Source: Octopus bimaculoides (Eukaryota). From it: a stretch of 64,000 nt of DNA. Positions 13,146 to 25,562 of the stretch are shown here, piece by piece. The stretch is taken from contig NC_069003.1 of NCBI RefSeq assembly GCF_001194135.2, positions 8,530,808-8,594,807 on the forward strand, written 5' to 3'. Each line of letters opens with the position of its first letter. The first letter of the stretch is position 1. The position numbers and the translations under genes were made by a program. Under the pieces are notes generated by a model, which saw nothing but the letters and a program-made list of their open reading frames with translations, searched no databases and had not been told where the DNA came from.

Positions 13146-13559
13146 TTTTAACACACAAGCTCTTCCAGATTAATTGATGTATAAGTATTAACATAGTTCT
13201 GTATATACGCCTACTATAGGTGCTATGTTTCCTTGGGTCACCTCTTATCCTGGAGACCTATGTTCAAAGATCGATATCCTAGCCAAGACCATCTATTTTA
13301 TTCAGACATGATATGATTTCCATATTATATTTTCCCTTTAAGACTGTATTACCTCCCTTTGAGATTCCGGGTATGTAATTATTATTTTTAAGATATGTGT
13401 TGTTCGTATCTTTCCTAATGTTATTAACAAGTCCAAGTAATGGACTATATTCATACCTAGAAAGAAATAATGGATTTAAAACCATTTTGTTGTTGCTCAC
13501 TAGCGACAATCAGCGTGATCTATAGCCGCATTAACTGCGAGTCTGCAGTCTTAAAAAGA

Positions 13560-14095
13560 CATAGAGGTGCTGTTCAAGTCGGGGACTCGTGCACAACTGT
13601 GGTCAAACTTCCAGGTTTTCAGATCCCTGATTCACCCTGTCTTACACGTTAGTTGTGAGATTTGAACATTCTTCCGGAGCACTTTGGAGTCTCCTCACTT
13701 CCTCCAGCGTAAGGACGCTTCGCAAGGTAACGGGATCATGCCTTACAATTGGTCAGATTTTGTATCCAACCAACAACTATGTTTAGAAACTGAGATAGGT
13801 CCTGTTTCTTGTATGGTTCAGGAGCGTCAGCTCAGATTGTCTGATCATATTGCTCGATTTTCTGAGAAGGTACCATGTTCTGTTCTCTGGGAATCCAGCT
13901 GGAGTGACGGCTTGAATTGGGCCTGCCACATGTCACAAGGTCACAAAAGATGAGGAAGTATCTCTCAGAGATGGATGCAGACTGACTGAGATACTGTTCA
14001 GAGGATTGTCCAGGACGACCAAAGCAAATATCAACAGATAGTGGATGCAGCGACGCACTACAACGGTGCATGGTCCTGTACTTGATCTGATAGTC
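13560..14095 (+). mobile_element. RTE-clade LINE 3' fragment (RT C-terminus)
   Basis: VKLQVFRSLIHPVLHVSCEI, WSDFVSNQQL..ET....VSCMVQERQLRLSDHIAR and a terminal QDD...VDAATH..GA stretch match the RTE pattern KLxVFxALxxPVLxYGxETW...WxDFVSN...RxLRxxGHxAR. Confidence 0.8.
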
Positions 14096-14339
14096 ATGTG
14101 ATCCTGCGGTCCACGAATCAGAATATTAATTTTAAACATGGACGCAAGGAAACAATATTTTGTTAGACAGGGAGCACAATCAATTCCCTTCTCTCCAGTG
14201 TTTATTTCTCTAACACTTAGTAAGTTTATACAAATCAAAACTGATATTCCCTGTAGCTTACTGCTCCCATATGTGGCACTGTACTATAATCTAACGAACG
14301 CTGGTTGTCAAGAGGTTCTGGAGTTCACTCATACGCACG

Positions 14340-14440
<101 letters not shown>

Positions 14441-14739
14441 ACATATATTGATACATACATACAATGGGCTCCCACAGCTTGTATCTACCAATTTCACTCA
14501 CCAGGCATTAATCGGCCCTAGGCTTATAGTAGAATATATATTCCCTCACAGTGGAATTGAACACGAAACCACTTCACTGTGAAGCGAGCCTCCAAATCAC
14601 ATAACCATGTTTGCGTCTTCCTTTTCGAAAGAGTGTTTGTGATGTTACTGTCTAAGCAGAATTAACAATCAAAGTGAATGAAATGATTTCAGCCTGGGTC
14701 ATGTCACTTGTGACGTCTCTCATGATTGTTACTGGTAAC

Positions 14740-15110
14740 ATGGAATCCAGTACAACCTGTTGCATGGTCGGGTATCATCGTCGACTAAACCGGCACACTC
14801 ACACGGCTTGCTTGATAAGGGTGGAGCTTGCTTGAAACCCAGCATGGCTAAAAATCAGACCTGTGAAGAGGACGGTGTAAGTTTAACGACTAATTAGCAA
14901 TATCATAGGTCTGAAGAAATTAGTGTCCGGCCTGTTGGAAGACCACTGGGAGAGAGGCACTCCTTAGCTTTTCTGCAAGCACGTCTCTAAAACCTGCTTC
15001 AAATCCATTTTACGTGTGCTCCGATAATCGGCAGTGATTTGCTCAGGGAATCATCTGCGACGGTGAATAAACGACGGCAAGATGAGCTGCAACAGATCAC
15101 ATTATCCCGA
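14740..15110 (+). mobile_element. Second, very decayed RTE-like LINE fragment
   Basis: An RRL..H stretch and VRPVGRP (RPxGRP motif) followed by a plausible C-terminus; many disruptions. Confidence 0.4.
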
Positions 15111-15500
15111 AACGTGTATGCGTGTGACCGGAGGCCTCATGTGAACTTATATTCCCACTGAAACACCTAACATGAACTTCAGGGCCGACTCAACACACGC
15201 TACGTGAGTGCTACTGCATGTACAAATACAAATGGTTTCAACCGGGGTTAAAATTCTACTTAAAGAGTAATATTGGAATCTGTTATTCGCATAAAGGCCA
15301 AAGAGTTATGTATTAGGGATGTGAGTGGATCAAATCTAGCTGGTAATTATTTTATTATATAAACTGTTAAATAGATCTCGATTCGTGATAGACACTTTGT
15401 TTAATTTCCCTGCTGAGATTGTCTCTGTCTGTGTTAGGTCATAATTTTAAATGCCATATACATATAAACACGTGTGTTTTTGTGTATATGTGTGTCTCTG

Positions 15501-15538
<38 letters not shown>

Positions 15539-15926
15539 NNNNNNNNNNNNNNNNNNNNNNNNNNNNNNNNNNNNNNNNNNNNNNNNNNNNNNNNNNNNNN
15601 NNNNNNNNNNNNNNNNNNNNNNNNNNNNNNNNNNNNNNNNNNNNNNNNNNNNNNNNNNNNNNNNNNNNNNNNNNNNNNNNNNNNNNNNNNNNNNNNNNNN
15701 NNNNNNNNNNNNNNNNNNNNNNNNNNNNNNNNNNNNNNNNNNNNNNNNNNNNNNNNNNNNNNNNNNNNNNNNNNNNNNNNNNNNNNNNNNNNNNNNNNNN
15801 NNNNNNNNNNNNNNNNNNNNNNNNNNNNNNNNNNNNNNNNNNNNNNNNNNNNNNNNNNNNNNNNNNNNNNNNNNNNNNNNNNNNNNNNNTATATAGAGAG
15901 AGAGAGAGAGAGATAGAGAGAGAGAG

Positions 15927-15959
<33 letters not shown>

Positions 15960-16460
15960 CATACATACATACATACATGCATATATATCTGTGAGTGTGT
16001 GGGCAGTTCATGTCGCCATACGCTTAAACTGACTAGAGGCAACTGAATCTGTACTTAAAGATATTAAAATAAAAATCTAATTAAAAATTGCTCCAGACAT
16101 TAATTAATATTTTATACATCTAATTCTCAACTGTATTGAAGAAAAGAGAAATGTTATGCACGCTTATATCCGACATTTATTTTATCAGACTTTTTTTTTC
16201 TCTCTCCAGAACGTTCGTAATGATATGTGTAAAAAAAAAAGAAAAAGGCAAGCAAGAGAGTAATTAGTTTCATAGTAAATAACTGTAAATTGCTAACATT
16301 GTTGGGTGCTCACCGTTTAATTTAAGTTCCTATGAAAATTCACTTAAGAAGTAGTACATTTGGTGGTGTTTATTTAAAACTATATACAAATCATTATGCT
16401 AACAGAGTGTTCGATATTTCAGCATTGCTGTCTCAATAAAAACCAATGCATGTTAACGTA

Positions 16461-16855
16461 GGTTGTTGGTACTCCATCGCTTACGACGTCGAGGGTTCCA
16501 GTTGATCCGATCAACGGAACAGCCTGCTCGTCAAATTAACGTGCAAGTGGCTGAGCACTCCACAGACACGTGTACCCTTAATGTAGTTCTCGGGGATATT
16601 CAGCGTGAAACAGAGTTTGACAAGGCTGACCCTTTGAATTACAAGCATCAACAGAAACAGGAAGTAAGAGTGAGAGTGAGAGAAAGTTTTTGGTGAAAGA
16701 GTACAGCAGAGTTCGCCATCATCCCCTGCCGGAGCCTCGTGGGGCTTTAGGTGTTTTCGCTCAATAAACACCCACAACACCCGGTCTGGGAATCGAAACC
16801 GCGATCCTATGACCTCGACTCCGCTGCCCTAACCACTGGGCCATTGCACCTCCAC
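16461..16855 (-). mobile_element. SINE family C (tRNA-Arg-like head), 7-bp TSD
   Basis: Head (reverse complement) gtggaggtgcaatggcccagtggttagggcagcgga...ggtttcgattccc. TSD taacgta at 16454-60 and 16856-62. Confidence 0.9.
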
Positions 16856-17312
16856 TAACGTACGTAGTAGACTTACAAACATATAAACTTTACCTATTTC
16901 TTCGTATACTGGAAAGCTGATGAACATCCTTATTCGATTTTCGATACTTATTGGGGTCTCGTCAGTGATGTGTGCATCACTTGGCCAATCGCAGAGAAGC
17001 AAACTGTCGGTCCTTATCATTTATCTGTTATCTTTTATTTGGGCCACTCTTTAGAGAGCGGCTTTGTTGAGGCATAGCATTCAATAATTTTAGCCGAACG
17101 AATTGACCCTAGTACTTATTAATTTTTAAGCCTGATACTTTTTCCATTGGTATCTGTTGACGAAGCGGTCTATCACTGGGAGGTAAACATACCAGTACCG
17201 GCTATCAAACGATGGTTGGGGAAAACAAAGACACACGCACACGTATTTATATACATACATACTTACATATATACCTACATAGATACACACACAAACACAC
17301 ACGCATATATAC

Positions 17313-17379
<67 letters not shown>

Positions 17380-17481
17380 GGTTTCAAGGGCAACAGTTTT
17401 GAAAGGAGGGGCAAATCAATTACCTCAATCCATGTATTTGACTGTTATTTTATTTTCTCTGAAACAAAATATAAAAAGCCG

Positions 17482-18471
17482 GAAAATACAAACAAGAAGT
17501 CATAGTACCTAACAACTATGAAGAAAAAGAAGAAACAACAAAAGCTGTAAAATAACTGAAATCTAAGCTAAAACTGGAACAGCAACGGATCATGATAAAA
17601 CGATGGCAAGAAAAGCCCCTTCATGGCAAATAACGGGTTAAGCTAAACGCAAAAGTAATAGACAGCAAAATCCCAACAATTGCTGAGAAACTCCGGACTC
17701 ATAGCAGAGACTGAAAGATTTTTAATTGCTTTAATTGCAGCACAAGATCAAAGCCTTACCACCAGAAATCACCAAAAAACACGTAATGAAAAGTAACATA
17801 ACAAGTAACTGCAAAATATGTGGCGATGGACAAGAAACAATAAATCATATTATCTCTGGCTTCCCAGTCCTGGCTAAGAAGGAATATATTCACAGAAATG
17901 ACAGAATTGGGACCTATATACACTGGAAGCTATGCCAACACTACGGAATAACAGAAAAATGATGGTATGGGCACACTCCCCAAAAGGTCACAGAAAATGA
18001 GAAAGTAACCATACTCTGGGATATGCCAATACACACAGATAGAGAAATTAAGGCCAATAGGCTGGATATAGTTGTCAGAGATTACCAAGAAAAATGCTTT
18101 CTAATTGATGTATGAATACCAACAGATGATAAAGTTTCTCTAAAAGAAATGGAGAAAATTTCAAAATACCAGGATCTGTAAGTAGAGGTAACTCGAATGT
18201 GGAGCCTAAAAAGAGAAACAATTCCGATCATAGTTAGTACATTGAGTATGATAAAAAAAAAAGCATTGAGACAAATGCATGACTAAAAAACTAGGACTTA
18301 CAAGTAAATGTAACATACAGGAAATAGCACTACTAGACATTGTACACATCCTACGTAAAACACTTTCAATACAGTAAAAATAAGAACACCACAACAAACC
18401 ATAGCACATACCCAAGACACACAGAGCTGCGCTCAGTAGCGCAATGAAAGCACGTGATAAAAATTAGACTA

Positions 18472-18520
<49 letters not shown>
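17482..18520 (+). mobile_element. 3' part of R4/Dong-type non-LTR retrotransposon with restriction-like endonuclease (pseudogenised), ending in (AAT)n
   Basis: Translates to WQEKPLHGK, AQDQSLTTRN, CKICGDGQETINHIISG (zinc knuckle), HRNDRIGTYIHWKLC, ILWDMPIHTDREIKANRLDIVV, EKISKYQDL, with stops and frameshifts. Stop at 18375-77, 3' UTR of about 100 nt, (AAT)n at 18475-18520. Confidence 0.9.
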
Positions 18521-19763
18521 TTTAAAAAAAAAGGATTGACGTAACTCTTCACGAAGGTAAATAGTCAAGACAAAGAGTGCGATTTTAGATGTTTTATTTT
18601 TTGAACAATATTTCGACAGAACGTCTGTCTTTCTCAAGTTCAAACCAAAAGGTGATTGAAAATTCAAAATTTCAGAAACCAAACGTAAACTATGAACGTG
18701 AGTAACCAGCGTCCATACGTTGATAGAATGACATCATCAGTTTTTGTCAGTTTTTTAATAAGCAGAAAGAAAGAAAGAAAAAGGAAGACGACAGAAAAAG
18801 AAAAGAAAAAGAGNNNNNNNNNNNNNNNNNNNNNNNNNNNNNNNNNNNNNNNNNNNNNNNNNNNNNNNNNNNNNNNNNNNNNNNNNNNNNNNNNNNNNNN
18901 NNNNNNNNNNNNNNNNNNNNNNNNNNNNNNNNNNNNNNNNNNNNNNNNNNNNNNNNNNNTGAAAGTGGGGTACATTCAGGATATTTTTTGAGAATGTGCA
19001 CTTTCAAATCTTCTTCAAAATTGCAGCCGCTTGAAACGAAATGTTCAGCAAGTTCTGTTGAACTACTGTTCTTGTGCTTGACGTCGAATCTGTGCCCATT
19101 AAACCTTTTGTTTAATTGTTCCGTTGTACAACCAACATAAATCAATTTATGTTTCGTGCATTCTGCACCGTACACTAAATAGGAATCTTTGCAGGTTCCC
19201 CTTCTGTATAAATCATAACATTTCTATTATGATTTTTGATGGTATTTACTTCACTCATGTCGTTGCACAATGAACAGGGCTTACCGCTCTTGCGGCTGTT
19301 CTTTAAAGTACAGCGTGTTTTCTTGGAGTCAGATATAGATGTCAATAATTCTTTTATGTTCTTATTCCGTCGAAAGGCTACAATGGGCGGCTGAGGAAAT
19401 ATCAGTTTGAAACTGAGATACTTTTTCGCCACATGTTGGTAACTTTCTTGCAACACTTTTGAAATGCCAGCGAAATGTCGGTGCCAGTTAATCACTAAAG
19501 GAATTCTGTAATCTTTTGTATTTTGTTTGCTAAGATTAGGCGTGTAGGTTTGACTATCTTTGCTAATCTTAGCTATTTCACTTGCTATTTCCTTTAAACG
19601 TGATTCACTGTAACCTCGTTTGACATAATGACATACAAAAGCATTTGCATGTTTCCAGTAGTCCCCTATGTCAGTGCAAATCCGTTTTATCCTCAAAAAT
19701 TGGGATTTCGGATTTGACCGAATAAGATGATAAAACATCTAAAATCGCACTCTTCGTCTTGAC

Positions 19764-19765
<2 letters not shown>
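18521..19765 (-). mobile_element. 5'-truncated Penelope-like retroelement (probably Neptune clade): RT C-terminus plus GIY-YIG endonuclease, frameshifted
   Basis: ORF 19175-19738 contains KSQFLRIKRIC, KRGY, PPIVAFRRNKNIKELL and CSLC. After a frameshift in the C-run at 19198-19201 it continues GTCKDSYLVYGAECTKHKLIYVGCTTEQLNKRFNGHRFD (GIY-YIG). The 3' UTR has a hammerhead and AATAAA. There is an N gap at 18814-18959. Confidence 0.9.
18600..18644 (-). ncRNA. Type I hammerhead ribozyme (U3-A8 variant) in 3' UTR of Penelope-like element
   Basis: Minus strand: tttgaac-TTGAGAA-a-gacaga(cgt)tctgtc-GAAA-ta-T-T-gttcaaa. 7-bp stem I, 6-bp stem II, palindromic stem III ATAT, AUU triplet. Confidence 0.75.
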
Positions 19766-19815
<50 letters not shown>

Positions 19816-20020
19816 CCTTTCTACTATAGGCATAAGGCCTGTAATTTCAGGGGAGGGTAGCGGTCGATTACATTGACGTCAGTCTTTCGCTGGTAAGTAA
19901 TTCATCGACCCTGAAAGGATGAAAGGCAAAGTTGACCACGGCGGAATTTGAACTCAGGACGTGCGAAGTACCGCTAAGCATTTCGTCCTGCGTGCTAACA
20001 ATTCTGCCATCTCACCACCT
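19766..20020 (-). mobile_element. SINE family A, full length with (ATT)n tail
   Basis: (AAT)n-cctttctactatagg...gaccctgaaaggatgaaaggcaaagttgacc...gaactcag...gctaac. Confidence 0.9.
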
Positions 20021-20269
20021 TCTTGCATCTAATAATGACCGTCATTTAGTTTGCCGGACTACCGTTACCTTCATTGTACACATTGCTATATTGATTCAAA
20101 CGACTCTATCCCGTCCACCTAATGATGTTTTTTTCAAGCTTGCTTCTAGTTGTTTACTCAAAACCAGTCCTTAATGAGCAGATCCATCATCAAAGGCCTT
20201 CCAATCATTGTAATCCACCCACCCTCGACCCTCTCATTTTCTTATATATTTTTCTCCTTGTCTCCGTAT

Positions 20270-20306
20270 TCTTTCTGTTGAAGAGCGTAGCTCGAAACGT
20301 CAAAGA
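20270..20306 (+). ncRNA. Minimal type I hammerhead-like motif (A6U)
   Basis: tcttt-CTGTTGA-a-gagc(gta)gctc-GAAA-cg-T-C-aaaga. 5-bp stem I, palindromic stem III ACGT, GUC triplet. The core deviates at position 6. Confidence 0.6.
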
Positions 20307-20395
20307 CTTTCCGTATTCCCGAGCGTCATACTAATACATCCTTTTGTTATTTACACCACCTGTCCTCGTCTGTTGTTGTTTTTTCGTATATTCTC

Positions 20396-20434
<39 letters not shown>

Positions 20435-21314
20435 TATATATACATGCATGTTTGTATCTGTCTGTGTATACGTGTGTGTGGGCGTATGTGACGTCTGTAA
20501 ATGTAGACAAAGCTATATATTATAATTCCTCTTACTCAGTGATACTACTAAAACAACCATTGTTAGAAAACAATCTATTTATACTTCACAGTTATCTGCT
20601 GCTGCTTTTTTATAAGCTATAGTATCAATTCATGAATGGCAAAGAAAACACGTCCTACGTATGTACTTTTCTTTGCTTACACCCGTTTCGGCAAGAGTAA
20701 ATGAGCACACGTTACAACGTTACANNNNNNNNNNNNNNNNNNNNNNNNNNNNNNNNNNNNNNNNNNNNNNNNNNNNNNNNNNNNNNNNNNNNNNNNNNNN
20801 NNNNNNNNNNNNNNNNNNNNNNNNCTGGGAATCGAAACCGCGATCCTCCGACCGCGAGTCTGCTGCCCTAACCAAATCTGAAAATTTGATTGCAAATTCA
20901 GGTTAAGAAAAAAGATAAACATTACAAGGAAGGCATCTTTCATTGTTTCGTTTACAGAACTATTTTGACATCCAGCATAACAAACATTTCAATAACCATA
21001 TCTGGTGCTTAATATCCCCAAGCTGTTAACGTAGCTTTTGTTAAAAATAGCTAAGCGGCTTTTCTTGGTAAGCTACATATCGCGGTCCAACATTGTATCT
21101 GAGGACAAATTAATCGGTAATCTGGAGATATGTTAAGGAAACTTCATTTATGTATCGTTACTATGGTTTCCTTGATTGGATAAAAGAATTAACATGTGCT
21201 TGCTTCTACTGATAAGAACAATTACATAGGTGTAACAATGCAAAAGTACAGATCCTAGAGATGCAGGTTCAATTCTCGGTTTTAGCTATTTTCCTTGTTA
21301 CTATAGAGTCTCTG

Positions 21315-21883
21315 TGAAGGTCCGTGATTTTGTGGTTAAGGTAATCGGCTCGCGATCGTAAAGTATTGAGTTCGATTCCCGGCAGCGCATTGCACTCTTG
21401 AGTAAGAGACTTTATTTCACATTGCTCCAGGCCACTCAGTTAGCAAAAATGAGTTGAACAGTAATTCAAAGAGCCACCCTTGTTACATTCAGTGTCACAC
21501 ACAATTACCCTGAGAACCACATTAGGGGTACGAGTGTCTTATTTCTTTATTGCCCACAAGGGACTAAACATAGAGGAGACAAACAAAGACAGAGAAAGGG
21601 ATTAAGTCGATTATATCGACCCCAGTGCGTAACTGGTACTTAATTTATCGACCCAGAAAGAATAAAAAGCAAAGTCAACCTCGGCGAAATTTGAACTCAG
21701 AACGTAACGGCAGACGAAATACTGATAAGCATTTCACCCGGCACGCTAACGTTTCTGCCAGCTCGCCGCCTTCAGGGGTACGAGTGTCTGTGAAGTACCC
21801 AGCCACATGCATGTTAATTTCACGACCAAGCTGTTCCGTCGTTCGGATCAAGTGGAACGCTCATCGTAGAAACCGACGGAGTG
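21315..21883 (+). mobile_element. SINE family D (tRNA head, CORE/V-like domain, tail shared with family C)
   Basis: gagttcgattcc, ttgagtaagagactttatttcacattgctccag, tail ...ttaatttcacga..gctgttccg...accgacggagtg. Other copies at 26308-26632(+), 50930-51258(+) and 53570-53768(-). Confidence 0.85.
21540..21773 (-). mobile_element. SINE family A (alternative tail) nested in a family D SINE, 16-bp TSD
   Basis: Perfect TSD aggggtacgagtgtct at 21524-39 and 21774-89. Confidence 0.92.
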
Positions 21884-23000
21884 TAAGTTTTGGTTTCTCT
21901 AAGAAAAGCACTGGGGTACCTATATCTTATTTTATTTTAGTGATTGAAGTCCATCAGGATAATCACGTATATGGCTGAAGGTCTGACTGTGCGGTTTTAA
22001 GAATTCGATTTGGAAATCCACGGTTTTTGATCGATCCGACGGTGCGGCACTTTACATAAATGTCTGTTGATGCAGCCTCAGGCTACAGCAACAGATTCTG
22101 AGTGGAATTCAGTAGACGGTAACTGTGCAAAATCTTGTCCTATGATATGTACACACACACACACACACACACANNNNNNNNNNNNNNNNNNNNNNNNNNN
22201 NNNNNNNNNNNNNNNNNNNNNNNNNNNNNNNNNNNNNNNNNNNNNNNNNNNNNNNNNNNNNNNNNNNNNNNNNNNNNNNNNNNNNNNNNNNNNNNNNNNN
22301 NNNNNNNNNNNNNNNNNNNNNNNNNNNNNNNNNNNNNNNNNNNNNNNNNNNNNNNNNNNNNNNNNNNNNNNNNNNNNNNNNNNNNNTATATATATATATA
22401 TATATATATATATGCAAATATGTATATATGCATATGTATGCATGTCTGTATAAATGTATGTACGTGTGTATACACACTCACACACACACACATATATTTG
22501 TATGTATCTGTCTCTCTTTCTATCTATCCATTTACTTACAAACACATACACACGCATATACATTTATGTATATATACATATATATATTTATATACATGTA
22601 CATAGACTCACAAAGGTATATATGTTTGAGTGTATGTGTGAGTTTGTGCGCATGCGTGTGGTCTTGTACGTATGTGTTTGCCTGCGTAATAATGTCGTGT
22701 ATGTATGTTTTTTTCTTTTTTTTTTGAGAATTTATTTAAGATTTCTTTCTCCTTTGTAATATTCAATTCCGAACACAAAGAACAGGCGCGAAAAAGCACA
22801 CCACAAAGTATCGTTTCCGATGTCTTTACAGTTATCCAATATCCTCAGCTCTTGATTGGAAGTTTCTGAAAGACTCTAAAGAAAAAAAAGAGATTTAACA
22901 TTGCTTGTTTTCACTTTTTCGATATCAGTGAATAACTTCACTGGAAAAAGACTTATATATTGCCAAGGGATTGTCATTCTCATCAAAGGTCGGCGATTAT

Positions 23001-23045
23001 CGTACGCTGAAGAAGGGAAATAACCCTGAAACTCGGGTCCGTACG
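23001..23045 (+). ncRNA. Type I hammerhead ribozyme, canonical core
   Basis: Stem I cgtacg(23001-06)/cgtacg(23040-45); core CTGAAGA 23007-13; stem II aggg/ccct with loop aaataa; GAAA 23028-31; stem III ACTCGGGT; GUC cleavage triplet ending at 23039. Folded by eye. Confidence 0.85.
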
Positions 23046-23913
23046 TATCGCAGATCAAGATGGGAAGGATAACTTCCCTTGGCAAAAATAGACAGGACAC
23101 AGATATGTGTCGATAAGCCAGCTGGAGGAGATGTTCTCCTGGGGCTAAAAGCAACAGTAACATCCACCCTNNNNNNNNNNNNNNNNNNNNNNNNNNNNNN
23201 NNNNNNNNNNNNNNNNNNNNNNNNNNNNNNNNNNNNNNNNNNNNNNNNNNNNNNNNNNNNNNNNNNNNNNNNNNNNNNNNNNNNNNNNNNNNNNNNNNNN
23301 NNNNNNNNNNNNNNNNNNNNNNNNNNNNNNNNNNNNNNNNNNNNNNNNNNNNNNNNNNNNNNNNNNNNNNNNNNNNNNNNNNNNNNNNNNNNNNNNNNNN
23401 NNNNNNNNNNNNNNNNNNNNNNNNNNNNNNNNNNNNNNNNNNNNNNNNNNNNNNNNNNNNNNTATATATATATCGTGACACTCCGTCGGTTACAACGACG
23501 AGGGTTCCAGTTGATCCGATCAACAGAAACAAGAAGGACAATTTGAAAGAAAGTTGTGGTGAAAGAGTACAGCAGGGTTCACCACCAACCTCTTCTGGAG
23601 CCTCGTGGGGCTTTATAGATGTTTTCGCTTAACAAACACTCATAACGCTCGGTCTGGGAATCGAAACCGCCATCCTACGACCGCGAGTCAGCTGCCCTAA
23701 CCACTGGGCCATTGCGCCTCACACATGTATGCATATATATGTGCGTATATGCTTCCCAACCACATGGGACAGGGTTTAGTCCCATTGTGTGATGCCTTCG
23801 GCAAGGACTTCTACTCTAATCTCGCGATGTCCAAAGTCTTCTGAGTGGGTTTAGTAGACGGAAAATGAAAGAAGCCCGCCATATATGTATATGCATATGT
23901 ATCTCTGTGTGTG

Positions 23914-23944
<31 letters not shown>

Positions 23945-24062
23945 TCATATATATTTATGTGTATATATATATATATATACATATGTATATATGTATATAC
24001 ACACATATATATGAATATACGTATATACATATACATATATGTGTGTGTTTGTGATTGTGTGC

Positions 24063-24148
<86 letters not shown>

Positions 24149-24324
24149 CTATATATATATATATATCACTGTCGCGGTACTGTGGTATTTTGTAATGCGT
24201 TACGTATCAGTGTCTATCTGCCTGGCAGAAGACGAAGAAAAAAGAGTGACAAAGAAAACAGATATATTGGTAAGTAGATAATTAAATAGGTAGATATATA
24301 GATAGAGAAAGTGTGAAAGCGAGA

Positions 24325-24357
<33 letters not shown>

Positions 24358-25501
24358 GGGGAGAGAGAGAGGAAGGGAGGGACAGAAAAAGTGTGTGTGT
24401 GTGTGGGTAAAAGAGACAGAGAGAGGAGTTGAGATAAATATATTTGAAAGCGAAAGCGTTTGGTTTGTAGCGTGCTGAGATAAATTAATTTTACACGAGA
24501 CTGGAATCGATATTCTATACCTCAATAGATATCACAATTTATACCCAAATGGTTATTTTATGCCTCAATTGGTTCTCTATCGCATCAATACGAAAACAGG
24601 TTATTTCTTTGCGAACACATACAAATACACGAAGAAAAGGTGATTGCTTTAACACTTTTATTTTAAATATTTGATATAGCAATTTTCCCTACCTTCTTAT
24701 ATAAAATATTATATTATACACTAAATAGATATAATGCTTTATACATACATGTGATAAATCAACCATTCTTTATAATAGTGGCATTGGAAATGATATCAAA
24801 CAGATTATAGAAATACGTGGAATGTGCATTCATAAATATAGAAGTTGCTCCAATATGAGATAAGGAGCTGTTTAGTTTCATATACGAACGTGATTAAATG
24901 GTTCGCATACATTTATGTTTTTACAAATCTACGCACTTACTAAAAGTGATAAGAGCTACACATTTAATAGAGCTGTAATCAGTGGACTGTGTGAATCAAG
25001 GAAGTTTTATTTTGGAGACGGGAGGGAGGCCATTATTGTCATTATTATCACTGCTATTATTATTATTATTATTATTTGATTCAGTACTTCATCAATACAT
25101 TGTTGCAAATTTAACATCTATAGGCATCGTTCTCAGTTAACATTATGGACTATCAGGATAATCGTTAAAAAAAAAAAAAAGTGGCAGTATCATTGTTACC
25201 AACGCTAATATGTTGATACCAGGAGCCAAAATGAGAAGGGCTATATATGTGGTTGCTCGACCTGCTAAAAATAGCAGTCAAATTGCCTGTTAATTCCCAG
25301 TTCGTCCAGCTCAATATTAGTTCGAACATTGTGGTTCTTGAATAATATAACCTTGTCGGTATGACTGGGAGATTGAGAAGCTTGCTTTGCAACCAGATAG
25401 CTTTGGGTTCAGTCCCACTATGCGATTGCCTTTAACTATAATTCCTGGCCCTATCAACGGCTAGCGTGTGAATTTGGGTGATACAAGCTACATGAAAACC
25501 C

Positions 25502-25562
<61 letters not shown>

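Noticed and set aside
13279-13450. YIPGISK..VLKGKYN peptide resembling a Penelope RT-EN linker
   Set aside because: The similarity is too short and no flanking motifs could be recovered by eye.
16790-16855. tRNA genes (A/B-box sequences here and in other SINE heads)
   Set aside because: No complete cloverleaf; they continue into multi-copy SINE bodies.
22020-22135. Exon-like cag|...|gtaact segment
   Set aside because: It aligns with a decayed family B SINE.
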